A stretch of DNA of 64,000 nt from Pseudomonadota bacterium (lineage in GTDB: Bacteria > Pseudomonadota > Alphaproteobacteria > Rhodobacterales > Rhodobacteraceae): NCBI GenBank assembly GCA_038521345.1, contig JBCBKU010000013.1:13484-77483 (forward strand), read 5' to 3'. Below the pieces are notes generated by a model, which was not told the origin of the DNA, made no database searches, and saw only the letters and a program-made list of their open reading frames with translations. Below, one piece after another: positions 18,412 to 27,585 of the stretch; position 1 is the first letter of the stretch, and every line of letters begins with the position of its first letter. The position numbers and the translations under genes are program-made.

Positions 18412-21400
18412 ATGGACATCGCCCGCGCCTCGATCAACAAGCCGATCTACACTTGGATCATCATTCTCGGCTGTCTCTTCGGAGGCTACTGGGGCTTCAA
18501 CACACTTGGTCGCCTCGAAGACCCGTCCTTCACGATCAAGACCGCGGTGGTGGTAACCGGCTATCCGGGCGCGTCGGCGGAAGAAGTCGCGCTTGAGGTG
18601 TCAGAGCCTCTCGAATCCGAGATTCAGAAGATGGGCGAGGTCGACAGCATTGAGACGCTGAACCAACCCGGAATCTCCGTGATCAACGTGAATATCCAGG
18701 ATACCTTTGGCGGTGACGAGCTGCCGGATCTCTGGACAAAGCTTCGCAATCGCGTCGGACAGGCAGATCTGCCGGAAGGGGCGCGCCAACCTTCGGTCAA
18801 CGATACATTTGGCGATGTCTATGGCCTGTTCTACGCCGTGTCGGCCCCCGGATACTCCGACGCCGAGATCCATACGCTTGCCTCATATCTGAGGCGTGAG
18901 ATCCTTGCTGTGGACGGGGTCAAGGACGTCTCGCTTGCGGGATTGCCGGAGGAAGCCATTTTCGTTGAACCGGATATGGCCTTGTCCACCTCGCTTGGCG
19001 TGTCACCCGCTGCAATTTCGGGGGCATTGGCGTCCGCCGACGAAGTCGTCGAAGGAGGCCTGATCCAGAACGACGAGGGACGCACCCTCATTCTACGCCC
19101 CGATGGAAGTGACACGCTCACTTCAATCGAACGGCTGTCAATCGGCGTTGGTGGTGAGGTCTTGAACCTCACGGACTTTGCAAGTGTGGAACGCAGCCGC
19201 ATTGTCGATCCCGATGTAATCATCCGCCACAATGGGCAAGAGGCATTCACGGTTGGCGTGGCCGGCATCGCCACCGACAATATTGTCGAGATCGGCGAAC
19301 GTGTAGACGTCCGACTGCAGGAACTTCAGGCCGGATTTCCACTCGGAATCTCGGTGGAGCCGATATATCGCCAGCATGTCGTGGTCGCCGACAGTGTGAA
19401 CGACTTCCTCGTCAATCTCGCAACGTCCGTAAGCATCGTGATCGCGGTACTGGCAGTCTTCATGGGCGTTCGTGCGGCCCTCGTCGTCGGGATCACGCTG
19501 CTCTTGACAGTGGTCGGTACGCTTTTCTTCATGGCCCTCGGCTCGATCGAGATGGAACGCATCTCGCTCGGAGCCTTGATCATCGCAATGGGCATGCTCG
19601 TCGACAATGCCATCGTCGTGGCCGAAGGAATGCAAATTGCGATGCAACGCGGGAAAACCTCGCGCGAGGCCGCGGCACAAGCTGCCAACAAGACGCAGAT
19701 CCCCCTTCTGGGCGCAACCGTGATTGGCATTATGGCGTTCGCCGGGATCGGGCTCAGCCCAGACTCCACCGGTGAGTTCATGTTCTCGCTCTTTGCCGTG
19801 ATCGGCATTTCGTTGTTGTTGTCATGGCTTCTCGCCATCACGGTCACTCCGCTTCTCGGGCACTACTTTTTCAAACAAGGCAGTGCCGACGGCGCCGGAA
19901 GCTACGATGGGTTTGTCTTTCGCGCCTATGGCGGCTTCCTCGGCGCGATGATCCGTTTGCGCTGGCTTGTTCTCGCGCTTTTGATCGGGGTCACAGCAGC
20001 GTGCTTTGTGCTTTTCACGCAGGTGCGCCAGCAATTCTTCCCGGACAGCAGCACACCGCTTTACTTCGTCCACTACAACCTGCCCCTGGGCGCATCGATC
20101 CATCAGACCGCCGAGGATCTGACGGTTGTCGAGGCTTGGCTCGCCGAGCGCACGGATGTCACCGCAGTCACGACATTCGCAGGAGACGGCGCGGCACGGT
20201 TCATGCTGACCTACGATTCCGAGGACGCAAGCCCAAGCTACGGGCACATGATCGTGCGGGTTTCCACAATCGACGCGATCGAAGCCGAGATGGCCGCTCT
20301 CGAAGAGTTTGCAGCGGGCTCGATGCCAGATGGACGGTTCCGGGTTCGCCGGCTGGCCTTCGGGCCGGGCGGCGGTGCCCCGATCGAAGCCCGCTTCTAT
20401 GGGCCAGAACCGGCCGTTCTGCGATCGCTTGCCGAAGAGGCGAAAGCCGCCCTCACTGCCGCCAGCGACAACGCTCTTTTTGTGCGGCACGATTGGGAAG
20501 AGCAAGAGTTGATCCTAAAGGCCGAATACGCGGATGCCCGGGCACAAGAAGCCGGAATTTCGCGATCTGAGATCGCCCAGATTCTGGACTTTGCAACATC
20601 CGGGGTCCGGTCCGGCACTTATCGCGAGGGCGATCGCCAGATCCCTCTCGTGCTGCGCGCGCCTCAGGACACCGGTGTCCGATTGACCGACTATCTGGCC
20701 TATTCCGATGCCCAGGGTGATTTCGTGCCATTCGAGCAGGTTGTCGACCGCCTCGTCTTCGAAACGCAGAACACCATCATCCGGCGCAGAGACCGCGAGA
20801 GCGTGATCACCGTCGGGGCCGATATTCCGCGGTCTATGACGGCTGCCGAGGTTCACGCCGAGGTTCGCGAAGCAATCGAGGCGATCGAAACGCCGCCCGG
20901 ATATCGGTTCGAATGGGGCGGTGAGTTTGAGAACTCCGGAGACGCTCAGGCGTCTCTGGGCACACAGCTCCCGATGACAATCCTGATCATGCTGCTGATC
21001 ACCGTTATCCTGTTCAATGGTTTAAGGCAGACGGCAATCATCTGGCTCCTTGTACCCATGTCGGTTAACGGGGCAGCCTTGGGTCTTGTCGGAACAGGAC
21101 TTCCATTCACCTTCACCGCGCTTCTTGGCCTGCTCTCGCTTTCTGGCATGCTGATCAAGAACGGCATCGTGTTGGTGGAGGAGATCGACCTGACACGGGC
21201 AGAGGCACCCAGGCAGGAGCTGCGCGAAGCCATTGTCGAGGCGTCAAAGTCAAGACTTCGGCCGGTCCTTTTGGCCGCGGCCACCACGATCCTCGGGATG
21301 GTGCCGTTGCTGAGCGACGCCTTCTTCGCGTCGATGGCGGTGACAATAATGGGCGGCTTGGCATTCGCGTCGATTCTGACGCTGGTCGCCGCGCCGGTCC

Positions 21401-21474
21401 TGTACCACATCCTCTTCGCCCGAAGCGCGCGTCGGGGCGCGGCAGCAGCGGCGGCAGATCCGGCCCCGGCCTAG
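18412..21474 (+). CDS. RND efflux transporter, inner-membrane permease (AcrB/HAE1 family)
   Basis: 1020 aa, 12-TM AcrB-like organisation, N-terminus MDIARASINKPIYTWIIILG. Confidence 0.9.
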   Translation: MDIARASINKPIYTWIIILGCLFGGYWGFNTLGRLEDPSFTIKTAVVVTGYPGASAEEVALEVSEPLESEIQKMGEVDSIETLNQPGISVINVNIQDTFGGDELPDLWTKLRNRVGQADLPEGARQPSVNDTFGDVYGLFYAVSAPGYSDAEIHTLASYLRREILAVDGVKDVSLAGLPEEAIFVEPDMALSTSLGVSPAAISGALASADEVVEGGLIQNDEGRTLILRPDGSDTLTSIERLSIGVGGEVLNLTDFASVERSRIVDPDVIIRHNGQEAFTVGVAGIATDNIVEIGERVDVRLQELQAGFPLGISVEPIYRQHVVVADSVNDFLVNLATSVSIVIAVLAVFMGVRAALVVGITLLLTVVGTLFFMALGSIEMERISLGALIIAMGMLVDNAIVVAEGMQIAMQRGKTSREAAAQAANKTQIPLLGATVIGIMAFAGIGLSPDSTGEFMFSLFAVIGISLLLSWLLAITVTPLLGHYFFKQGSADGAGSYDGFVFRAYGGFLGAMIRLRWLVLALLIGVTAACFVLFTQVRQQFFPDSSTPLYFVHYNLPLGASIHQTAEDLTVVEAWLAERTDVTAVTTFAGDGAARFMLTYDSEDASPSYGHMIVRVSTIDAIEAEMAALEEFAAGSMPDGRFRVRRLAFGPGGGAPIEARFYGPEPAVLRSLAEEAKAALTAASDNALFVRHDWEEQELILKAEYADARAQEAGISRSEIAQILDFATSGVRSGTYREGDRQIPLVLRAPQDTGVRLTDYLAYSDAQGDFVPFEQVVDRLVFETQNTIIRRRDRESVITVGADIPRSMTAAEVHAEVREAIEAIETPPGYRFEWGGEFENSGDAQASLGTQLPMTILIMLLITVILFNGLRQTAIIWLLVPMSVNGAALGLVGTGLPFTFTALLGLLSLSGMLIKNGIVLVEEIDLTRAEAPRQELREAIVEASKSRLRPVLLAAATTILGMVPLLSDAFFASMAVTIMGGLAFASILTLVAAPVLYHILFARSARRGAAAAAADPAPA

Positions 21475-22394
21475 GACCGCCAGACCGGGTTCGTCCAGGC
21501 CCGCTTGCCGGCGCGATCGACCACCGTAAGGCGCAGCCAAGATGCGTCGCCAAAACGGGTCAGCGGCAGCGTCGCCCGCGACAGGCTCTGACCGTGCTGC
21601 GCCACCGTGGCCGATCCGGGACCCTGCACAATCACCGACGCTGCTGGCGACATGGATACGGTGACTTCTGCCTCCGACCACGCGACGTCATGGATTTCCG
21701 GTCCGGTCGACGCGTACATGTGCCCGGCCTTCAGGGCCTCGAGCAGCGCCTCGGGCGTGCTCGCCTCCGCCTTAACCATGGTCCAGCCGCCAAAATGATC
21801 CGGCTCGGTAAAATGGGCATCGTCCGTTGCACAAAGCGTCAGGCGACGACCTTCCTCGAGGAGACGGTCAAGGTGCCAGAACCCCTCAGCCCGGTCCGCG
21901 CCCACCTGGCAGCCATGGTTGTAGACTTCTACCGCGTGGGCGGCTTCAAGGCTCCGAGCGTCGGCAAGACTGAGCCCGCCCCATTCCGGATGGGCAACGG
22001 CGACAAAGGCCCCGGCATCCCGAGCCCGCTGCGCCAGTTCGGGCCCTGTTTCCTGTCCTTCGATCGGTTGGAAACCAGGCGAATGCGACGGGGCGAAATC
22101 TTCAGGCAACCCGACGGCAAGGATGTGCCAAAGCTCTCCGTTCTCCATCTGGCCGGAATGGATCTCGGCGCCCAGAATCGTGGTGAAGCTGTTGTCGCGG
22201 AACAGTTTCGTATCGGTGATGGGATAGCCATAGGGGCCGATGAAATGATCCGTCAGCGCGATGAAATCGTAGCCCTCGTCCCGATAGCGGCGACACACCT
22301 CCTCCGGATCGAGTGCGCCGTCCGAAACATTCGAATGAGTGTGCAAGTTGCCGCGCCAGAAGCGGCCCGGGGCGGTGAAGGCGGGATCGTGCAT
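21471..22394 (-). CDS. PHP-domain metal-dependent phosphoesterase/hydrolase
   Basis: GNLHTHSNVSDG and IALTDHF PHP motifs, 307 aa. Confidence 0.7.
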   Translation of the reverse strand: MHDPAFTAPGRFWRGNLHTHSNVSDGALDPEEVCRRYRDEGYDFIALTDHFIGPYGYPITDTKLFRDNSFTTILGAEIHSGQMENGELWHILAVGLPEDFAPSHSPGFQPIEGQETGPELAQRARDAGAFVAVAHPEWGGLSLADARSLEAAHAVEVYNHGCQVGADRAEGFWHLDRLLEEGRRLTLCATDDAHFTEPDHFGGWTMVKAEASTPEALLEALKAGHMYASTGPEIHDVAWSEAEVTVSMSPAASVIVQGPGSATVAQHGQSLSRATLPLTRFGDASWLRLTVVDRAGKRAWTNPVWRS

Positions 22395-22402
22395 TTGGAA
22401 CC

Positions 22403-22855
22403 TCAGCGAAGGGGTTTGACGAGGGTGACGCGCAGGCGATCGTCATGACCCTGCGGATGTGCGCCGATTGAGATCACCCTGAACCCCGCCGATGAATAGA
22501 ATGCGACAAGATGGGTAAATTGCTGGCCCGTAAACAGCCGGATCGCCTGAAAGCCCTCGGCCCGAGCATGGTCCTCGATCGCGGCCAGCGCGGCACGCCC
22601 ATTCCCGCCCCGCTGATGGTCGGGGTCGATGGCGAGTTCGTCGAGAACAAGCGTCGATCCATCGCGATCGAGGGCCACCGCACCCACGCGTTCCGGCGCA
22701 TCCAGCCAATAGGCATCGCCGCGATCCAGGGCCGCGCGGAGCCAGTCCTTTGGCCCGGCAACGTTGCCCATGGCTTGGATGTAATCTGCAAAAGCCGCGG
22801 TGAAGAGCGCCGCGAGAGCCTCGAAATCATCTGCACCGGCGCGGACCAGCTTCAT
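22403..22855 (-). CDS. GNAT-family N-acetyltransferase
   Basis: ATG at 22855 overlaps the methyltransferase stop (ATGA). Acetyl-CoA motif HQRGGNGRAAL. Confidence 0.7.
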   Translation of the reverse strand: MKLVRAGADDFEALAALFTAAFADYIQAMGNVAGPKDWLRAALDRGDAYWLDAPERVGAVALDRDGSTLVLDELAIDPDHQRGGNGRAALAAIEDHARAEGFQAIRLFTGQQFTHLVAFYSSAGFRVISIGAHPQGHDDRLRVTLVKPLR

Positions 22856-23469
22856 GCCCGGCGGAACACCATCACAAGTCCACGGTCGGCCGCATGTGGA
22901 TGATCGGCCCCCTCGTAGATCTCGATTTCGACAAAGCGAAGCGGCGTGATCCGGCCAGCCGCCTGAAGCTGAGCCAAGGCAGAACCAAAGCCCATCCCGT
23001 CCAAGACCGCGGGGATGGTCCCGCAGACGAACAGCGCGCCAGGGCGGGTGACCCGCAAGAGTTCGGGAAGACAGGCCGGGCCCACATGCCCGTGGGTGAA
23101 TGTACCGCACGAGATGACCCCGCCATAGGCCGCATCTGCCAGGTTAAGCGGCTTCAGAAGATCCCCCTCAATCAGTTCGCGGTAGATCCCTTTGCCCCGC
23201 GCCACCTCAAGCATTTCGGGCGTGATGTCGAAGGCATCGACGGTCGCCCCGCCTAGATATTCGGCAACAAGCCCCGTCCCCGCTCCGATATCGAGGATCG
23301 GCGTATCGCCTCCTTCCGCCAGATAGATCTCGGCAATCCGACGCGGCGCGACATAGCCCCAGCCAGCGCCGAAACTATCGTCATAGGTTTCGGCCCAGTC
23401 TCCATAAAGCCGGCGCGCGCTGTCGGGGCCGTCGATGTCGTAGGCGTTGTCGAGGTCGTAATTGGGCAT
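22852..23469 (-). CDS. Class I SAM-dependent methyltransferase
   Basis: Motif I ILDIGAGTGLVAEYL. Starts 5 nt after the upstream ABC ATPase stop. Confidence 0.75.
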   Translation of the reverse strand: MPNYDLDNAYDIDGPDSARRLYGDWAETYDDSFGAGWGYVAPRRIAEIYLAEGGDTPILDIGAGTGLVAEYLGGATVDAFDITPEMLEVARGKGIYRELIEGDLLKPLNLADAAYGGVISCGTFTHGHVGPACLPELLRVTRPGALFVCGTIPAVLDGMGFGSALAQLQAAGRITPLRFVEIEIYEGADHPHAADRGLVMVFRRA

Positions 23470-23473
23470 TTGG

Positions 23474-24334
23474 CTATCCGTCGACGCTCACCTGACCGCG
23501 CTCGAACGCGGCGATGCGCGATCGCTTATCAGGATCGAGAGACGGGATCGCCGACAGCAGCGCGCGGGTATAATCATGCCGGGGGTTGGCAAAGATCTCG
23601 CGCGTCTGACCCTCTTCGACGATCTCGCCCAGGTACATGACGGCCACGTAATCGCAGACATGGGCAACGACCGACAGATCGTGACTGATGAACAGGAAGG
23701 TGAGGTCAAGATCCCGCTGAAGCTTTTTCAGGAGGTTCAGAATGTCGGCCTGGATCGAAACGTCGAGCGCCGCGACACATTCATCCGCCACAACGAAGCG
23801 GGGCCCGGACACCAATGTCCGGGCGATTGAAATCCGTTGGCGCTGGCCGCCCGAAAAGGCATGGGGGTAACGGCGAAGATGCTCAAGACTGATCCGGCAC
23901 TTCGCCGCGATCTCGCGCACGCGCGCATCCGTCTCCTCGCGGGACGACGTGAGACCCAGCACCTCGAGCGGCTCGGCGATAATGTCCCGAACCGTCATCC
24001 GGGGCGAAAGGGCGGCGTAGGGATCCTGAAAGATGAGCTGCGCCTTGGCGCGGAACGCCCGCTCGTCCTTTCGCCCCATCGTTGCGATGTCGAAGCGGTC
24101 CACGCCATCGTCATAGGTGATGTGCCCGTCCGTGATCGGCGCCGCCCTCAGGATCGCGCGGCCAAGCGTTGTTTTGCCAGAACCCGACTCGCCCACAAGG
24201 CCCACAAAGCTGCCCTCAGGGATATCGAGCGAAACCTCTTTCACCGCCTTCAACATTGGCGGCGCCCCAAGAAGCCGTCGGCCAAGCGGAAAGGCGACCG
24301 TCAGATTGTCGACGCGGACCAGCGGGCGGCTCAT
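23474..24334 (-). CDS. Peptide/opine-type ABC transporter ATP-binding protein (DppF/OppF-like)
   Basis: GESGSGKTT, FSGGQRQR, FVVADE. ATGA overlap with the preceding ATPase gene. Confidence 0.85.
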   Translation of the reverse strand: MSRPLVRVDNLTVAFPLGRRLLGAPPMLKAVKEVSLDIPEGSFVGLVGESGSGKTTLGRAILRAAPITDGHITYDDGVDRFDIATMGRKDERAFRAKAQLIFQDPYAALSPRMTVRDIIAEPLEVLGLTSSREETDARVREIAAKCRISLEHLRRYPHAFSGGQRQRISIARTLVSGPRFVVADECVAALDVSIQADILNLLKKLQRDLDLTFLFISHDLSVVAHVCDYVAVMYLGEIVEEGQTREIFANPRHDYTRALLSAIPSLDPDKRSRIAAFERGQVSVDG

Positions 24335-25317
24335 CTAACGTCCTCCGGGAACAAGGCGGCATGGTGGCCGGGTGACACCTCGGTCATCGGTGGCACCTCG
24401 GTTTCGTATCTTGATCCGGGCGCAAGTTCGCTGTTCCGGGGGTGGAACACACATCCCCGGGGCCGCTCAAGCGGAGACGGAATATCACCGGGGATCGGTG
24501 TCAGAGGCGCGTCAAGATCGTCGAGCTTCGGCAAGGCATTGAGAAGCCCGCGGGTGTAGGCGTGTGCAGGTCTCCGCAGGACCTCGCGGACCGGCCCCTT
24601 CTCCATGATCCGGCCCAGATACATCACCGCCACCCGGTCCGCCGTTTGCGCGATCACGCCAAGATCGTGCGTGATGAACAGGATCGACATTCCGAACTCG
24701 GCCACGAGCTCCTTCATGAGATCGATCACCTGCCGCTGGATCGTTACGTCGAGCGCGGTAGTGGGCTCATCCGCGATGAGCAGGCGCGGTTGTGTCGACA
24801 GCGCCATGGCGATCATTGCCCGCTGACGCATTCCGCCGGAATACTCGAACACATACTGATCGAAGCGCCGCGTGGGTTCGGTAATACCAACACGGTCCAG
24901 CATATCGATCGAGAGTTCCTTGGCCTCTTTCTTCGACATCCCGGTATGGATCTGCAACTGTTCAACCATCTGCCCGCCGACCGTGATCGCGGGCGCGAAA
25001 CTCGCCATGGGTTCCTGGAAAATCATAGAGATCGCGCCACCCCGGATCGGGAGCATGTCTCGTTCACGCTTCAGGGACAGAACGTCGATATCCGGGTCCC
25101 CATGCAGCGTGATCCGTGACGACGGATCATAAACTGTGTTCCGCCCGTTCAGCTGCATGGCTGATTTGGCCGTTACCGACTTACCCGAGCCGGACTCGCC
25201 CACCAGACCCAGGACCTCGCCCTCCCGGATATCAAAGGACACGTTTTCAACAGCCGTGATTAGGCCCTCATCCGTCTTGAAGCGGATCGTCAGGTTTTCG
25301 ACCGACAGGACCGTCAC
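24331..25317 (-). CDS. Peptide/opine-type ABC transporter ATP-binding protein (DppD/OppD-like)
   Basis: The GTG at 25317 overlaps the permease stop (GTGA). GESGSGKSV, YSGGMRQR, LLIADEP. Confidence 0.85.
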   Translation of the reverse strand: MTVLSVENLTIRFKTDEGLITAVENVSFDIREGEVLGLVGESGSGKSVTAKSAMQLNGRNTVYDPSSRITLHGDPDIDVLSLKRERDMLPIRGGAISMIFQEPMASFAPAITVGGQMVEQLQIHTGMSKKEAKELSIDMLDRVGITEPTRRFDQYVFEYSGGMRQRAMIAMALSTQPRLLIADEPTTALDVTIQRQVIDLMKELVAEFGMSILFITHDLGVIAQTADRVAVMYLGRIMEKGPVREVLRRPAHAYTRGLLNALPKLDDLDAPLTPIPGDIPSPLERPRGCVFHPRNSELAPGSRYETEVPPMTEVSPGHHAALFPEDVR

Positions 25318-26468
25318 TTGCGCGCCTCGGCATAAGGGTCGGCTGCGTCCCGCAAACCGTCTCCGACAAAGACAAAAGCCATCACGAGCGTGACAAAGAA
25401 GATCACCGGAATGAAATACCATTGGTAGTTCAGGAGAACGTCGGCCTGAGTGGTGTTCTGCAAGAGCACCCCAAGCGAAGTCACCGGATCCTTCAGACCC
25501 AGCCCGATGAACGACAGGGCGGTTTCGGACAGAACCATGTAGGGAAACGAGATCACAAGATCGACGATGATATAGCTCGTGAAGGACGGCAGCAGGTGCC
25601 GCCGGATCACGTGGCCCGACGACGCGCCCGAAAGTCGTGCGGCCAGTACATAATCCTGGTTCCGCTCGACCAGCAGATGCGTCCGCACCCGTCTGGCCAG
25701 CGTCGGCCAGCCGATAAGGCCAAGGATGATGGATATGAAGAAGAACCGCATCTCGGCCGACCACGTGTCCGGCACAAAGGCCGCCAAAGCCATGAACAAG
25801 GGGATCGCCGGTACCGTTCGGATCGCATCGGTGATCATCTGCAAGATCCCGTCGATGACGCCGCCATAGTATCCCGCAACCCCGCCAATCACGAGCGCCA
25901 TCACGAACGAGATCAAGACCCCGAGTGTTCCCACGGCCAGTGAGGTTTTGATCGCGTGCAGCGTCCGGCTAAAGATATCCTTGCCGGTGTCATCGGTTCC
26001 GAAAAGGTGGACATAGCCGTCCTCGACCCCAAAAAGATGGCGGTTCAGAGTGACGCCGAACCACTTATACTCATCCCCTTCCACGAAGAACTGGATATAC
26101 CGCCGGTCCTCGGTATCGATCGTCGTCACCCAGCGGAAATTGGTCGCGAGCGAGCGCTCGCGTTTCACGCCATAGATAAAGGGCCGCATGGAACACCCCG
26201 CCTCGTCACAGAAACGCGGGATTTGCGGCGCGCCGTTCGTGTACTCCTTGTTGGCTCCTGCAATCGTCGGGTTGTAGGGCGCCAGAAAGTCGGACAAGAG
26301 CCCCATTACGATCATCGTGATCAGCACGACTGCGGCGACCATGGCCGCCCGCTGTTTCTTGAAGCGCGCCCAGATCAGCTGGCTCTGGGACGCAGTGAAA
26401 TACGCCTCTTTCGCGCTTTGGCTGACTTCGGGTGCGGCGGCTGCCCCGCCCGGCAAAACGTCCGTCAT
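25314..26468 (-). CDS. Peptide ABC transporter permease (DppC/OppC-like)
   Basis: Multi-TM BPD_transp_1 core. ATGA overlap upstream. Confidence 0.85.
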   Translation of the reverse strand: MTDVLPGGAAAAPEVSQSAKEAYFTASQSQLIWARFKKQRAAMVAAVVLITMIVMGLLSDFLAPYNPTIAGANKEYTNGAPQIPRFCDEAGCSMRPFIYGVKRERSLATNFRWVTTIDTEDRRYIQFFVEGDEYKWFGVTLNRHLFGVEDGYVHLFGTDDTGKDIFSRTLHAIKTSLAVGTLGVLISFVMALVIGGVAGYYGGVIDGILQMITDAIRTVPAIPLFMALAAFVPDTWSAEMRFFFISIILGLIGWPTLARRVRTHLLVERNQDYVLAARLSGASSGHVIRRHLLPSFTSYIIVDLVISFPYMVLSETALSFIGLGLKDPVTSLGVLLQNTTQADVLLNYQWYFIPVIFFVTLVMAFVFVGDGLRDAADPYAEARK

Positions 26469-27481
26469 GCGTGCGCGCCCCCCATCACCGAGTTCCGCAT
26501 CCGCGGGTCAAGTGCCGCGAGCGCGACATCCGTGATAAAGTTCAATCCCACGATCGTCGCGGTCAGCAGAAAGATGATGGCGCCGGCCAATTGCTGGTCG
26601 TTCGAACGCGCCAAGGCCTCAAGAAGCAGCGCCCCCGCCTCGGTCAGCGTCAGGATGATCGCAACGATTGGCAACTCGTTGAAGATCCGGTTCAGGTCGA
26701 AGCCAAGCGAATTGACAATCGGTCCAAGCGCATGCCGCGCCGGGTACCGCCAGAGAAGCCGGCGCCCATAGAGGCCCCGCGCCCGCGCCGCCGTGACATA
26801 AAGCTTTGATTGCTCGTCCAGCATCAAGGCCCGGACAGTCTGAAGCGCAAACGCCGTCGCCGACCACCCTAGGATAAAGACCGGAAGCCATGCTCGGCTG
26901 AGAAAGTCCCAGAACTTTGCCATGGACCATGGGGCGTCCCGAAACTCCTTGCTGAAAAGGCCGCTCAGGGAATCCCCGAAATAAATCGTGGCAATCAGCA
27001 TAATGATCAATGCGAGGAGGAAGTTCGGCAGGGCAAGCCCCAGATACGAGACAAAGCGCAGAACGTTGTTCACGACCGGATTGCGCGACGCGGCGGCGTA
27101 GATGCCCACAGGGATGGCGATCAGATAGGCCACGAACAGCGCGGCGAAGCAGATGCCGGCCGAGATCAGGAACTTTGACCCAAGAAGTTGAGAGATCTCG
27201 ACGCGAAGAATGCAGCTTTCGCCGAAATCCCCGCGAAACGCCCCGGCCACCCAAGTGACCCAGCGGTATAGGAAGGGCTGATCCAGACCCAGCCGGGCCC
27301 GTTCCGCATCGATATCCGCGCGCGTGAGGTTCTGACCTTGTGTGTTCTTGTAGGCCAGATACCGCTCGGCGCAATCACCCGGCACCATCTCCATCAGCGA
27401 AAAAACGAGGAACGACACAAGCAACAACGTGACGACCGCCAAAAGCGCGCGGATACCGACGAAGCGGAGAAAAAGCGTCAT
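26465..27481 (-). CDS. Peptide ABC transporter permease (DppB/OppB-like)
   Basis: 338 aa with the typical N-terminus MTLFLRFVGIRALLAVVTLL. Confidence 0.85.
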   Translation of the reverse strand: MTLFLRFVGIRALLAVVTLLLVSFLVFSLMEMVPGDCAERYLAYKNTQGQNLTRADIDAERARLGLDQPFLYRWVTWVAGAFRGDFGESCILRVEISQLLGSKFLISAGICFAALFVAYLIAIPVGIYAAASRNPVVNNVLRFVSYLGLALPNFLLALIIMLIATIYFGDSLSGLFSKEFRDAPWSMAKFWDFLSRAWLPVFILGWSATAFALQTVRALMLDEQSKLYVTAARARGLYGRRLLWRYPARHALGPIVNSLGFDLNRIFNELPIVAIILTLTEAGALLLEALARSNDQQLAGAIIFLLTATIVGLNFITDVALAALDPRMRNSVMGGAHA

Positions 27482-27585
27482 GGCCGTCCCTGTCGTTTTT
27501 CAGAAGTGTCACGCCGGGCGCCGGATAAGGCAAGGACCGAGCGTGTTTTGCGCCCGGTCCCGGCCAGTTTTTCAGCTGCGATGCC

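Noticed and set aside
27482-27585. SBP-permease intercistronic spacer in the peptide ABC operon, with partial stems (GGACCG...CGGTCC). Considered as an attenuator or terminator.
   Set aside because: The stems are short, have large loops and lack a U-tract. Such spacers are common after SBP genes, and the evidence is not enough to annotate one here.
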